Positions 41,495-50,656 of a stretch of DNA of 64,000 nucleotides are shown here, piece after piece (within the stretch, counting starts at the first letter, position 1; each line of letters starts with the position of its first letter). A program made the position numbers and the translations under genes. The stretch lies in NCBI GenBank assembly GCA_019636335.1, contig JAHBXR010000007.1:109978-173977 (forward strand), given 5' to 3'. The notes under the pieces are model-generated. The model saw nothing but the letters and a program-made list of their open reading frames with translations. It was not told where the DNA came from and did no database searches. The DNA is from Pirellulales bacterium (lineage in GTDB: Bacteria; Planctomycetota; Planctomycetia; Pirellulales; JAEUIK01).

Positions 41495-43219
41495 ATGCCA
41501 GTCGTTGCCAGCCGCCTCTCCCCGCTCGCCTTGTTGCTTGCCGCGCTCGTGGCATGGCCGGCGCTGGGGGCGAACGAGACGCCCGAACGTCCCCAGGCGC
41601 CCGCCACAGAGCAAGCGCAGAATTCGCTTGGCGCTGCCCGTAGTGACAGCGCGGTCATCGAGGCGATCAACGCCCGGATCAAGCAAGGCTGGGCAGACGC
41701 CGATGTTAGTCCTTCTTCGCGGGCGACCGACGGCGAGTGGTGCCGGCGCGTCTATCTCGACGTGATGGGGCGCATTCCGTCGCTCGATGAAGTGACAGCA
41801 TTTCTGAAAGACCGCGATCGCGACAAGCGCGCCAAGCTCGTCGATCGCCTGCTCACCAACGACGACACGAAGGATCGCTATCTCGAACAGTATGCCCGGA
41901 ACTGGGCCACGATCTGGAGCAATCTGTTGATCGGTCGCACGGGGGGCATGGACAATCGCAGCCTGATCGATCGCGACGGCATGCAGCAGTATCTACGCCG
42001 TTCGTTCGAGCGCAACAAGCCGTACGATCGGTTGGTGTTCGAGTTGGTGAGCGCCGACGGCGTCAACAAGCCGGGCGAGGAAGACTACAACGGCGCCGTG
42101 AATTACCTGGTCGAAAAGCTCGACGAGGATGGCGTGCAGGCCACGGCGCACGTCTCGCGTTTGTTCTTGGGCGTGCAGGTGCAGTGTACGCAATGCCACA
42201 ACCATCCGTTCAATAGCTGGAAGCAGGATCAGTTCTGGGGCATGAACGCCTTCTTCCGGCAAGCCCGGCCGCTGCGCACGCGCGAGGGGCGCAACGTGGT
42301 CTCCGTGCGGTTGGCCGACCAGGACTACACGGGCTCGAGCCGCGATCCCAAGGATGCCACCGTCTCGTACGAGCTGCGCAATGGTGTGCTGGCCGCCGTG
42401 CCGCCGCGATTCATCGATGGCACGGAGATCAATCCCAGCGGCTATGTGACCGAAGTGAATCGCCGCGAGGAGTTGGCCCGGCTGATCACCGCCTCGGACG
42501 AAATGCCGCGGGCGATCGTCAATCGCACGTGGGCGCATTTCCTGGGTTACGGCTTTACGCGACCGATCGACGACATGGGACCGCACAACCGCACCTCGCA
42601 TCCCGAGTTGCTCGACGAGCTGGCGCTCGATTTCAAGGCCAGCCAATTCGATCTCAAGCGGCTGATCCGTTGGATCGTGCTCAGCGAGCCGTACGCCCTG
42701 TCGAGCCGAGCTGGCAAGTCGAACGATAAGGACGATCCCGCGCTCGGCAATCCGCCGCTGTTCAGTCGCTTTTACCTACGTCAGATGCGGGCCGAAGAGT
42801 TGTACGAATCGCTGCTCGTGGCGACGAAGGCCGACGAGACCAGCCAGAAAGATCAGGATGCGATGAAGCGGCAATGGCTCGGCCAGTTTGCCATTGCGTT
42901 CGGCACCGACGATGGGGAAGAGGCAACTACGTTCAACGGCACCATCCCGCAGGCGCTGATGATGATGAACTCCGACCTGGTGCAACGTGCCACGGCCTGC
43001 GAACCAGGCTCCATGTTGCACGATGTGGTACAAAGTCAGTTGCCCGACAAGGAAAAGATCAACCGCCTCTACCTGGCGGCGCTCGCGCGCCCGGCGACGG
43101 GGCCCGAGATGAAGCTGGCCCACGAGTTGTGGCAGGCGCGTGGGGGAGACTCGTTGAGTGCCACACAAGACATCTGGTGGGTGCTGCTCAACACGAATGA
43201 ATTCATTCTCAATCACTAA
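41495..43219 (+). CDS. DUF1549/DUF1553 (PSD1-type) domain protein
   Basis: EWCRRVYLDVMGRIPS, FLGVQVQCTQCHNHP, RAIVNRTWAHFLGYG, SHPELLDEL, PQALMMMN and WVLLNTNEFILNH. Confidence 0.93.
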   Translation: MPVVASRLSPLALLLAALVAWPALGANETPERPQAPATEQAQNSLGAARSDSAVIEAINARIKQGWADADVSPSSRATDGEWCRRVYLDVMGRIPSLDEVTAFLKDRDRDKRAKLVDRLLTNDDTKDRYLEQYARNWATIWSNLLIGRTGGMDNRSLIDRDGMQQYLRRSFERNKPYDRLVFELVSADGVNKPGEEDYNGAVNYLVEKLDEDGVQATAHVSRLFLGVQVQCTQCHNHPFNSWKQDQFWGMNAFFRQARPLRTREGRNVVSVRLADQDYTGSSRDPKDATVSYELRNGVLAAVPPRFIDGTEINPSGYVTEVNRREELARLITASDEMPRAIVNRTWAHFLGYGFTRPIDDMGPHNRTSHPELLDELALDFKASQFDLKRLIRWIVLSEPYALSSRAGKSNDKDDPALGNPPLFSRFYLRQMRAEELYESLLVATKADETSQKDQDAMKRQWLGQFAIAFGTDDGEEATTFNGTIPQALMMMNSDLVQRATACEPGSMLHDVVQSQLPDKEKINRLYLAALARPATGPEMKLAHELWQARGGDSLSATQDIWWVLLNTNEFILNH

Positions 43220-43267
43220 TCGAATCACCCAGACCCGAGCGGTCGAATAGCGAGGCGAGGATCGGTC

Positions 43268-44548
43268 ATGCGACGCTTGTTGACGACGCCCACGGGAATG
43301 AACCGGCGCCACTTCCTGCAGCACCTGGCGGCCTCTTCGGCCCTAGCGGGGACGGCGCTGCAATTCACGTCGACGATGCAGGCGCATGCCGACGATCTCA
43401 AGAAACGCCACAAAGCGGCCATCCTGCTGTGGATGGGAGGCGGGCCGAGCACGATCGATATCTGGGACCTGAAGCCAGGGGCCAGCACCGGCGGCCAGTT
43501 CAAGCCGATCTCGACCGCCGGCGATCTGCAAATCTGTGAGCACATGCCGCTCGTCGCGCAGCAGATGCAGCACCTGGCCGTGGTGCGCTCGATGAGCACC
43601 CGCGAGGCCGATCATAATCGTGGCCGCTATTACATGCACACGGGCTACGTGCCCAATCCCGACATCATGCACCCCAGTTACGGCGCCGTCATCGCGCACG
43701 AGTTGGAGAGTCAGTCCCCCCAGCTCGAGATTCCCCCCTTCGTGTCGATCGGCGGGCCGAGTGAAGGGCCGGGCTTCCTGGGCATGACCTATTCCCCCTT
43801 CGTCGTCGACTTCAACGGGCAGGTGCGCAACCTGCAGATGGGGGTCGAGTGGGATCGCATGCAGCAGCGCATGCAGATGCTAGGCGCCGTCGAGACGAAC
43901 TTCGTTCGCGAACGGCGCGGCGCGGCGGCGGAAGACCACTCGAAGGTCCTCGCCAAGACCTATCAGCTCATGACGAGCAAGCAGATGGAGTCCTTCAAGA
44001 TCGACCAGGAGCCCCAGGCCGTCCGCGAGCGTTACGGCACCACGGGCTTCGGCCGCGGCTGCCTGATGGCCCGCCGGCTGGTCGAGACGGGGGTCTCGTT
44101 CGTCGAGGTCGATCTCGGCGGCTGGGACAATCACATGGGGGTCTTCACGGCGCTCGAGCGCCGCTTGCCCGAGTTGGATCAGGGCATGAGCGCGCTGGTC
44201 GAGGATCTCTCCCAGCGTGGCCTGCTCGAAGACACGGCCATCATCTGGATGGGCGAGTTCGGCCGCACGCCGCGCATCAACGCCACGGCCGGCCGCGACC
44301 ATTGGGCCCGTAGCTGGAGCGTCGTGGTCGGCGGCGCCGGCATCAAGGGAGGCATCGCCGTCGGCGCGACGAACGAGGACGGCACCGAGGTCGACACGAG
44401 CGTCGCGCCAGCCTACACGTCGCAAGATCTGATGGCCACGGTGCTCAGTTCGCTGGGCATCCCGCTCGACAAGAATTTCACGAGCCTGAACGGGCGGCCG
44501 ATGAAGATCGCCAACAGCGGTCGGGTGATTAAAGAGCTAGTGGCGTAA
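43268..44548 (+). CDS. DUF1501 domain protein (Tat signal)
   Basis: NRRHFL twin-arginine motif, LLWMGGGPSTIDIWDLKP, FGRGCLMARRLVE, GGWDNH and GEFGRTPRIN...GRDHW. Confidence 0.93.
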   Translation: MRRLLTTPTGMNRRHFLQHLAASSALAGTALQFTSTMQAHADDLKKRHKAAILLWMGGGPSTIDIWDLKPGASTGGQFKPISTAGDLQICEHMPLVAQQMQHLAVVRSMSTREADHNRGRYYMHTGYVPNPDIMHPSYGAVIAHELESQSPQLEIPPFVSIGGPSEGPGFLGMTYSPFVVDFNGQVRNLQMGVEWDRMQQRMQMLGAVETNFVRERRGAAAEDHSKVLAKTYQLMTSKQMESFKIDQEPQAVRERYGTTGFGRGCLMARRLVETGVSFVEVDLGGWDNHMGVFTALERRLPELDQGMSALVEDLSQRGLLEDTAIIWMGEFGRTPRINATAGRDHWARSWSVVVGGAGIKGGIAVGATNEDGTEVDTSVAPAYTSQDLMATVLSSLGIPLDKNFTSLNGRPMKIANSGRVIKELVA

Positions 44549-44563
44549 CACGATAGAGAGCCA

Positions 44564-46015
44564 CTACTCGTCCCCTCGCGCATTCAGCCGCAGCCGGTCA
44601 ATATAGATTTCCACTTGGTGCCCGCCCGCTTGGTGGTTGAAGAGGCCGAAGCGGTTCACCGTGACGCCGCGCTGGCGCTCTTCGGGCGAGATGGCGAACG
44701 TCTTCTTCGCGCCGTCGAACTCGGCGGTGATCGTGCCTCCCCCGGTCTCGTCGTCGGGGTGGTAGCTCAATGCCCAGGTGTGCGTGCGACCGTCGGGGCG
44801 GATGACGGGCCAGCCGTCGTCGCCGTCGGCGGTGCGGCCGGTGCGGTCTTGCAGACCATACGCGGGTCGCACGTAGTGCCCGACGCGGCTGGGGCCTTCG
44901 ATCAAGAGGGACAGATAATTCACCTGCCGGGCTTCTTGCTCCGGCGTGTCGTTCGCCTGCTTCGTGGTGGAGTCGAACCAGCCGAGATAGACGCCGCTGT
45001 CGGAGGCGGCCGCCACGAGCGACAGGCGGCCCGCGGCGTGAAGCTCATCGTCGAGCGAGAACGGCCCGACCGGCAGACCGTAGTAGCTCGGCCGCTCGTC
45101 GCGAAAGATGATGCCGCCGAAGGCATCGTCGGAGAGGGGATTGTTCGTCGCCACGGCGTCGGCCACGTGGCCGTAGTCGTGCCAGGGCCGCTGCACGCGC
45201 TCAACGAACTCGACGTCGTTGCCGCGACCCTCCCAGCGGGGATCGCGGTCGAACGTCCACTCGCGGCCATCGACCGAGAGGTCATCGAGGTACAACTCGA
45301 GGGGCGCGCCGGCGATCTGCACGTTCCAGATGCCAAAGCGGTTCAGCTTCGCACCGTCGCGCTTGTGTTCAATGGGCACCTCCGTCTCGTAGCGGCGGTC
45401 GTCGATCTGGAACGTGAGCGTGCCGGGCTCGTCGGCGCCGCGCGGGTCGTAATCGAGCGACCAGGTTTGCGGCCGGCCATCGGTCTTGAAAGGAGGCGTC
45501 GCCGTCGTCTGATAGCGATCTCCCTCGAACGCGCCTCCGCCGCCGGTCTGCCACGACTGCGTGCCGTACTCGTAGAACATCCAGAAGCTGCCACCGTTGC
45601 CATCGACGCGGATGCCGACGGAGTTCGGCGTGCGCCAGCCGCGCGAGCTTTCGTGGAACCAGCCGAACAGGGCGCCGCTGCCTCCTTCGGCGCCGACCAC
45701 GGCGAGCTTGCCCTCGGCATGAAGCGGGCGATCGAGCGAAACCTCGGAGATCGGCACGCCGTACGTCGCCGGCACGGTCGAACGCTGCACGCGTCCGTCA
45801 ATCTCGCCCGGCGCCCGTCCGCTGGCGTGATTCGTCGTGCGGTAGCCAAAGTGTTGCCGAATCGTCGGCGGATCGACGAGCAGTCGATTCCGAAAACCCT
45901 CCCACGGCGCGTGAGCGGTGCTCGCGGGGCGATCTTGCGCTCTCGCGGAGCCTGTGATTACCGGACCGGCGAACAGCAGACTGACGAGCGCGAGACAAGA
46001 GGCAGACGATTTCAT
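44564..46015 (-). CDS. Hypothetical secreted beta-rich protein with an internal duplication
   Basis: Signal peptide ending ARAQD; two homologous halves of about 220 aa. Confidence 0.75.
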   Translation of the reverse strand: MKSSASCLALVSLLFAGPVITGSARAQDRPASTAHAPWEGFRNRLLVDPPTIRQHFGYRTTNHASGRAPGEIDGRVQRSTVPATYGVPISEVSLDRPLHAEGKLAVVGAEGGSGALFGWFHESSRGWRTPNSVGIRVDGNGGSFWMFYEYGTQSWQTGGGGAFEGDRYQTTATPPFKTDGRPQTWSLDYDPRGADEPGTLTFQIDDRRYETEVPIEHKRDGAKLNRFGIWNVQIAGAPLELYLDDLSVDGREWTFDRDPRWEGRGNDVEFVERVQRPWHDYGHVADAVATNNPLSDDAFGGIIFRDERPSYYGLPVGPFSLDDELHAAGRLSLVAAASDSGVYLGWFDSTTKQANDTPEQEARQVNYLSLLIEGPSRVGHYVRPAYGLQDRTGRTADGDDGWPVIRPDGRTHTWALSYHPDDETGGGTITAEFDGAKKTFAISPEERQRGVTVNRFGLFNHQAGGHQVEIYIDRLRLNARGDE

Positions 46016-46221
46016 CGGTCGAACCTGCGGATCGTGCCGAAAGGATGGGGTTTACCGACGCTCAGATTAGCGTTCCGTGAAGACCGAAGCACCAGGCGCA
46101 GCCGAGGAGTTTGGAAAAACTCCGCACGCCGTCGCCGGGACGTGGCATCGTCGGTCGCGGCTGGTTAAGTTGGTGCGTTTCGTGTCCCACGCCTCTCGTT
46201 CGTTTTGAGGTTCGGTTGCCC

Positions 46222-47526
46222 GTGTCGCACGATGCTCGTCCCGTTTCGAGGTGGCTGTCGCGTGCGCCGGATGCGGTCTTTACGACTTACGCGATCGCGG
46301 CTTCTTTTTCGGCGTATTTTGCCATGTACGCCTTTCGCAAGCCATTCGCCGCGGCCAGCTTTGCCGATCAGCACTTCGGCGCGGTCGACCTGAAGACGGC
46401 ACTCGTCATCGGCCAGATCATCGGCTACGCGCTGTCGAAGTTCATCGGCATCAAGGTCTGTTCCGAGATCACGCCCAATCGCCGCGCCGCGGCACTGGTG
46501 CTGCTGGTGCTGTGGTCCGAGCTGGCGCTGGTGATGTTCGCCGTCGTGCCACCGGGCTTGCAGATCGTGGCCATTTTTCTGAACGGGCTGCCGCTGGGCA
46601 TGGTGTGGGGAATGGTCGTCGGCTATCTCGAGGGTCGCCGCACGAGCGAGTTGCTGCTGGCGGGCTTGAGCTGCTCCTTCATCCTGGCCAGCGGCGCCGT
46701 GAAGGACGCCGGACGCTGGTTGATGCATGGCTGGCAGGTGAGCGAGGCCTGGATGCCGGCCGCCACGGGACTGTTGTTCTTGCCGATGTTTCTGGCGGCT
46801 GTCTGGGCCTTGGATCAGATACCCGCCCCCAGCGAAGCGGACGTCGAGGCGCGCGTGCTGCGCGAGCCGATGGATCGCCAGCGGCGCTTCGCCTTCGTGC
46901 GCGAGTTTCTCGTCGGGCTCGTGATGATGCTCGTGGCCTACTTCTTTCTCACGGCCTATCGCGACTTCCGCGACAACTACGGCATCGAGATCTTCACCGA
47001 GCTGGGCTACGGCGAACAGGCCACGATCTTTACCCGCACCGAGTTGCCGGTCGCCTTCGGCGTCATGGGGGCGCTCGCCGCGTTGTTCCTCATTAAGAAC
47101 AATCGGCTGGGCCTCTTGGGAGCATTTGCCCTCATGGTCGGAGGGACCGTGCTCCTGGGCATTGCCACGCTCCTCTTCGATGCCGGCGCCATCAATGGCG
47201 TGTGGTGGATGGTGCTCGTCGGGCTGGGGTCGTACCTGGCCTACGTGCCGTACGGCTCGGTCTTGTTTGACCGCTTGATCGCCTCGACCGGGTTTGTCGG
47301 CACGGCCGTGTTCGCCATCTACGTGGCCGATGCGATCGGCTACACCGGTTCGATCGGCGTGCAGCTTTACAAAGATCTGGGACAGGCCGAGGTCTCGCGC
47401 TTCGGCTTCTTCCGCGGCTACACCTACTTCATGTCGGTGCTGGGCACGGTGCTGTTGGTGGCCAGTTGCGCGTACTTCCTGGCTCACGATGCGCGAGCGA
47501 ACCGCAACAAACAGACTACGAACTAG
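46222..47526 (+). CDS. DUF5690-like multi-pass membrane transporter (MFS-like)
   Basis: Within ORF 46111..47526; GTG 46222. AYFAMYAFRKPF, GYALSKFIGIK, YLEGRRTSELL and RDFRDNY; about 11-12 hydrophobic helices. Confidence 0.75.
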   Translation: MSHDARPVSRWLSRAPDAVFTTYAIAASFSAYFAMYAFRKPFAAASFADQHFGAVDLKTALVIGQIIGYALSKFIGIKVCSEITPNRRAAALVLLVLWSELALVMFAVVPPGLQIVAIFLNGLPLGMVWGMVVGYLEGRRTSELLLAGLSCSFILASGAVKDAGRWLMHGWQVSEAWMPAATGLLFLPMFLAAVWALDQIPAPSEADVEARVLREPMDRQRRFAFVREFLVGLVMMLVAYFFLTAYRDFRDNYGIEIFTELGYGEQATIFTRTELPVAFGVMGALAALFLIKNNRLGLLGAFALMVGGTVLLGIATLLFDAGAINGVWWMVLVGLGSYLAYVPYGSVLFDRLIASTGFVGTAVFAIYVADAIGYTGSIGVQLYKDLGQAEVSRFGFFRGYTYFMSVLGTVLLVASCAYFLAHDARANRNKQTTN

Positions 47527-47544
47527 CGCCTGCACTCGGTTCTT

Positions 47545-47610
47545 CCTTTGCGCACTTCGCGCCTTAGCGGTAATCATTTTCTTACCGCTAAGGCGCGAAG
47601 TGCGCAAAGG
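47545..47610. repeat. Perfect 29-bp inverted repeat between convergent genes (possible bidirectional terminator or REP-like element)
   Basis: CCTTTGCGCACTTCGCGCCTTAGCGGTAA (47545-73), 8-nt loop, exact reverse complement at 47582-610. Confidence 0.9.
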
Positions 47611-47634
47611 GACAAAGCCAAAAGAGCGATTGGC

Positions 47635-48867
47635 TTAGCACGATTCGATCGTGTAGTAGGTCTCGTAGACTCGGCGGGCTTCTCTTCTTGCTTCGTCCCA
47701 ATCCCAGGTTCGATCGTTGAAGCGGTCGGGGCTGAGAGCGCGGACGTAGTCGGAAGGCTTTTCGGCGAAGAGCGATTCGACGAGCAGCTTGCCGATGCCG
47801 GGCGAGCCGGAGATGCCGTGCGCGTTGCAGCCGCCGGCCATCACGAAGCCGGGGACGCGCGAGCTTTCGCCCAGGATGAAATGACCGTCGGGAGTGAAGG
47901 TGGGCCAGCCGCGGCCGATGCGCGTCTTTTGCGATCCGCGCGCGGCGGGAAACAGCGGCGCGAAGCGAGATTCGAAATCGTCGAGGACCGGCCAGTCGGG
48001 CTCGAGCGCCGGCGGCTCGCCGGCCAGCTCGTAACCGCGCGGGTCGGTGTCGAGGCTCGTCCCTTCCCAGCCGCCGAGCAACAGCGCCTCGCCATCGGCA
48101 CGCCCGTAGAGCGAAAGATCGGGAATGCGGAAGCAAGGCAGATCGGGCGAAAGGCCCGGCAGCGGCACCGAGACGAAATACTCGTGCCGCACGGGCACGA
48201 TGGGAAACTCGAGCCCGACCAGTCGCGCCACGTGATAGGCATGCGCCCCCGCGGCGTTGATGACGTACTGGCAATTTACCGTGCCGCGCGATGTGTGTAC
48301 CGCTGCCACACGGCCGCCACGCAACTCGATCGACTCGACCGCCGTCGACGTGGCGAAGCGTACGCCGCGCTCGCGGCACTGATACTCGTACGCAGCCACG
48401 ACCGATTGCGGCCGCATGTAACCATCGGTTGGGCACCAGAGAATCGAACGCGCCGAACGGAGATCGATCGCCGGCCAACGGCGCGCGGCGGCCGCCTGAT
48501 CGACAAATTCGACGTCGAGCCCGGCTTGTCTTGCGGTTGCGTGCAACGTTTTGAACATCTTCGCCGCGCGATCGGAGAGCGCGATGCGCAGGCTGCCGAC
48601 GGCGTGCCACTCGGGCTTGACGGGGGCGTCGCGCTCGAGCTCGGCGAACGTCTGCGCCGAGTGCATCGCCAGCCGCGTGCGGTCGGCGCTCGTGCGGACC
48701 TGGCCGCACAGGCCGGCGCCTTGCGACGTGGTGGCGCTTGCCAGCTTCTCGGCACGTTCGACGAGCAGGATATCGTTGTGCCCCGCCTTCGCCAGCGCAT
48801 AGGCCACACCGCAGCCCACGGCCCCTCCGCCGATGATGACGAACTTTGCGTCTGCCAGCTTTTCCAT
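47635..48867 (-). CDS. FAD-dependent amine oxidoreductase (DAO / sarcosine oxidase / dimethylglycine dehydrogenase-like, no GcvT domain)
   Basis: VIIGGGAVG, ATTSQGAG, PTFTPDGHFILGE and GCNAHGISGSPGIG. Confidence 0.88.
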   Translation of the reverse strand: MEKLADAKFVIIGGGAVGCGVAYALAKAGHNDILLVERAEKLASATTSQGAGLCGQVRTSADRTRLAMHSAQTFAELERDAPVKPEWHAVGSLRIALSDRAAKMFKTLHATARQAGLDVEFVDQAAAARRWPAIDLRSARSILWCPTDGYMRPQSVVAAYEYQCRERGVRFATSTAVESIELRGGRVAAVHTSRGTVNCQYVINAAGAHAYHVARLVGLEFPIVPVRHEYFVSVPLPGLSPDLPCFRIPDLSLYGRADGEALLLGGWEGTSLDTDPRGYELAGEPPALEPDWPVLDDFESRFAPLFPAARGSQKTRIGRGWPTFTPDGHFILGESSRVPGFVMAGGCNAHGISGSPGIGKLLVESLFAEKPSDYVRALSPDRFNDRTWDWDEARREARRVYETYYTIESC

Positions 48868-48879
48868 GCTTGAAGTTGG

Positions 48880-50142
48880 TCAACCCTGGGTTAGTTGTTG
48901 TAGATACCAGCGCACGAAGGCGTCGACGTTGTACTCTTTGTACGTGGAATAAGGACCCGGTTTGTAGGCTTGCGAGCAGATCCCGCGCTGTGCCCGATCG
49001 CAGAGCTGCCAGTCTTGCTCGGAGGTGAGTTGCCAGAAGGGGAGCAGCCGTTCGAGCTCGTAATCGCGCCCTTCGACGGCATCGGCCGCGATGAGCCAGG
49101 CCACTTGCGCACGCGTCTTCGCGCGGCCGGCCGGCAGCAGCCGCGTGGCGACGGCGTGATCGCAGCTCGCGTGACACCAGAAATTCGGCAACGTGCGGAC
49201 GCGCAGCGTGCCGACGTCGGGATCGCGGTAGTCTCCCATCAGGGGCGCCACCTGGCGGCCGTCGAGACTCTCGCTCACGAAGCCCTCGACCAGGGGCGTG
49301 CGATTGGCCGAGTACCAGATGCCGCGCTCGGGATCGGGAAACGTGGTCATGCCGGTCTGGCGATGCGTGACGGCCAGGCCGTCTGCCGCCCATTTCGTCT
49401 CGCTACGAGAGACCGCGGCATCGATCTCGCCGCGGATGCGCGGGCTCGTATCGTCGGCGTTGTAATGGTCGAAGTTCGCCTTGATGTATTGCGGATGATT
49501 GACGTTGCAGTGGTAGCACTCGCGGTTGTTTTCCCAGACGAGCTTCCAGTTCGCGTCGATGTCGTATTCGATGAGGGCCGCAATCTTGGCGCGATCGAGC
49601 CCTTGCGGCCGCAGCAGAGGTTCGAGCAGCTCGCGCACCGCCGCGAAGTCGGGAGCCCGCTCGGCAAGCGACACGAAGACCAGGCCGGCGAGTACTTCGA
49701 CGTGGAGCGGCAAGAGCCCGAGCGATGCCTTGTCGACGTCGTGCATACCGCGGCAACTGACTAGTGCCCCGTCGCGAGCATAGACCCATTGATGATAGGG
49801 GCAAATGATGCGTCCCGCGTGTCCCAAGGGAGCGTCGCAAAGGATGGTCCCCCGATGGCGACAGATATTGTGCAGCGCGCGAATCTTGCCGTCGTCGCCG
49901 CGGATCACCAGGATCGAGTCGGTGTCGACCTCGAACGTGAAGTAGTCGCCCGGCTGGGGGATCTGGCAGGTATAGCCGGCGACCAGCCAGCCGCGCCGCC
50001 AGATCTGCTCGACGTCGGCCTGATAGATGTCCTCGCACACGAAAAAGTCGCGCTCGAGCGTCTGGTTTGCTTTGCGGCGCGCGATCAAGTCGGCGAGGAC
50101 TTCTAGTCGCGTGTCGCGAAGTTTGGCAGGTAGCTCGACCAT
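48880..50142 (-). CDS. Rieske non-heme iron oxygenase alpha subunit (GbcA/Stc2 betaine-demethylase-like)
   Basis: Rieske ligands NICRHRG and CPYHQW; mononuclear Fe motif NWKLVWENNRECYHC...H; EQDWQLC. Confidence 0.88.
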   Translation of the reverse strand: MVELPAKLRDTRLEVLADLIARRKANQTLERDFFVCEDIYQADVEQIWRRGWLVAGYTCQIPQPGDYFTFEVDTDSILVIRGDDGKIRALHNICRHRGTILCDAPLGHAGRIICPYHQWVYARDGALVSCRGMHDVDKASLGLLPLHVEVLAGLVFVSLAERAPDFAAVRELLEPLLRPQGLDRAKIAALIEYDIDANWKLVWENNRECYHCNVNHPQYIKANFDHYNADDTSPRIRGEIDAAVSRSETKWAADGLAVTHRQTGMTTFPDPERGIWYSANRTPLVEGFVSESLDGRQVAPLMGDYRDPDVGTLRVRTLPNFWCHASCDHAVATRLLPAGRAKTRAQVAWLIAADAVEGRDYELERLLPFWQLTSEQDWQLCDRAQRGICSQAYKPGPYSTYKEYNVDAFVRWYLQQLTQG

Positions 50143-50182
50143 GCCCACTAGTTTAGCTTTCAGACTCGGAATGTCCGAGAGC

Positions 50183-50605
50183 TTATTGATTCGTAGCAGC
50201 GCGTCTCACCTGCAATTCATGCAAACGTATGCGTTCTTCGAACCAGGGCAGCGCCACATTCTGGACAAAGTCATGAATTTCCCTGAGGCACTGTTCGACG
50301 GCATCCTCCCCCCACCGGAATCCGAAATTGTATTTCCGGCCTCCCGGGCAGTTCTTGCAAGTCCATTTATCAGCAAATTCAACAATCGAACTTCGTTCCG
50401 CACCGCCTGCGGGATGGAATGTCATGCCAACTCGAAACAATGGGCTGCTCCGGAACTTTTGCAACCATACACTGCACGAATGCCCATTGATGTCACGCGA
50501 ACAACAGCCGCGTGCGTCCTTGGTAAAGCCAAGTTTCTCCAGCGTGGGGGCCAAGCGACGCTTTATCGTGGCAGTGCGGCGTTTTTCGATATCCTTGTCC
50601 AACAT
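50183..50605 (-). CDS. Small hypothetical protein, DUF4304-like
   Basis: 140 aa; IKRRLAPTLEKLGF at the N-terminus and VALPWFE near the C-terminus; GC lower than the neighbours. Confidence 0.55.
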   Translation of the reverse strand: MLDKDIEKRRTATIKRRLAPTLEKLGFTKDARGCCSRDINGHSCSVWLQKFRSSPLFRVGMTFHPAGGAERSSIVEFADKWTCKNCPGGRKYNFGFRWGEDAVEQCLREIHDFVQNVALPWFEERIRLHELQVRRAATNQ

Positions 50606-50656
50606 GGCGGCTCCGCTGCTTTTGGCGTTCTGATCGCCTTTGGTCGGTAATGGATT

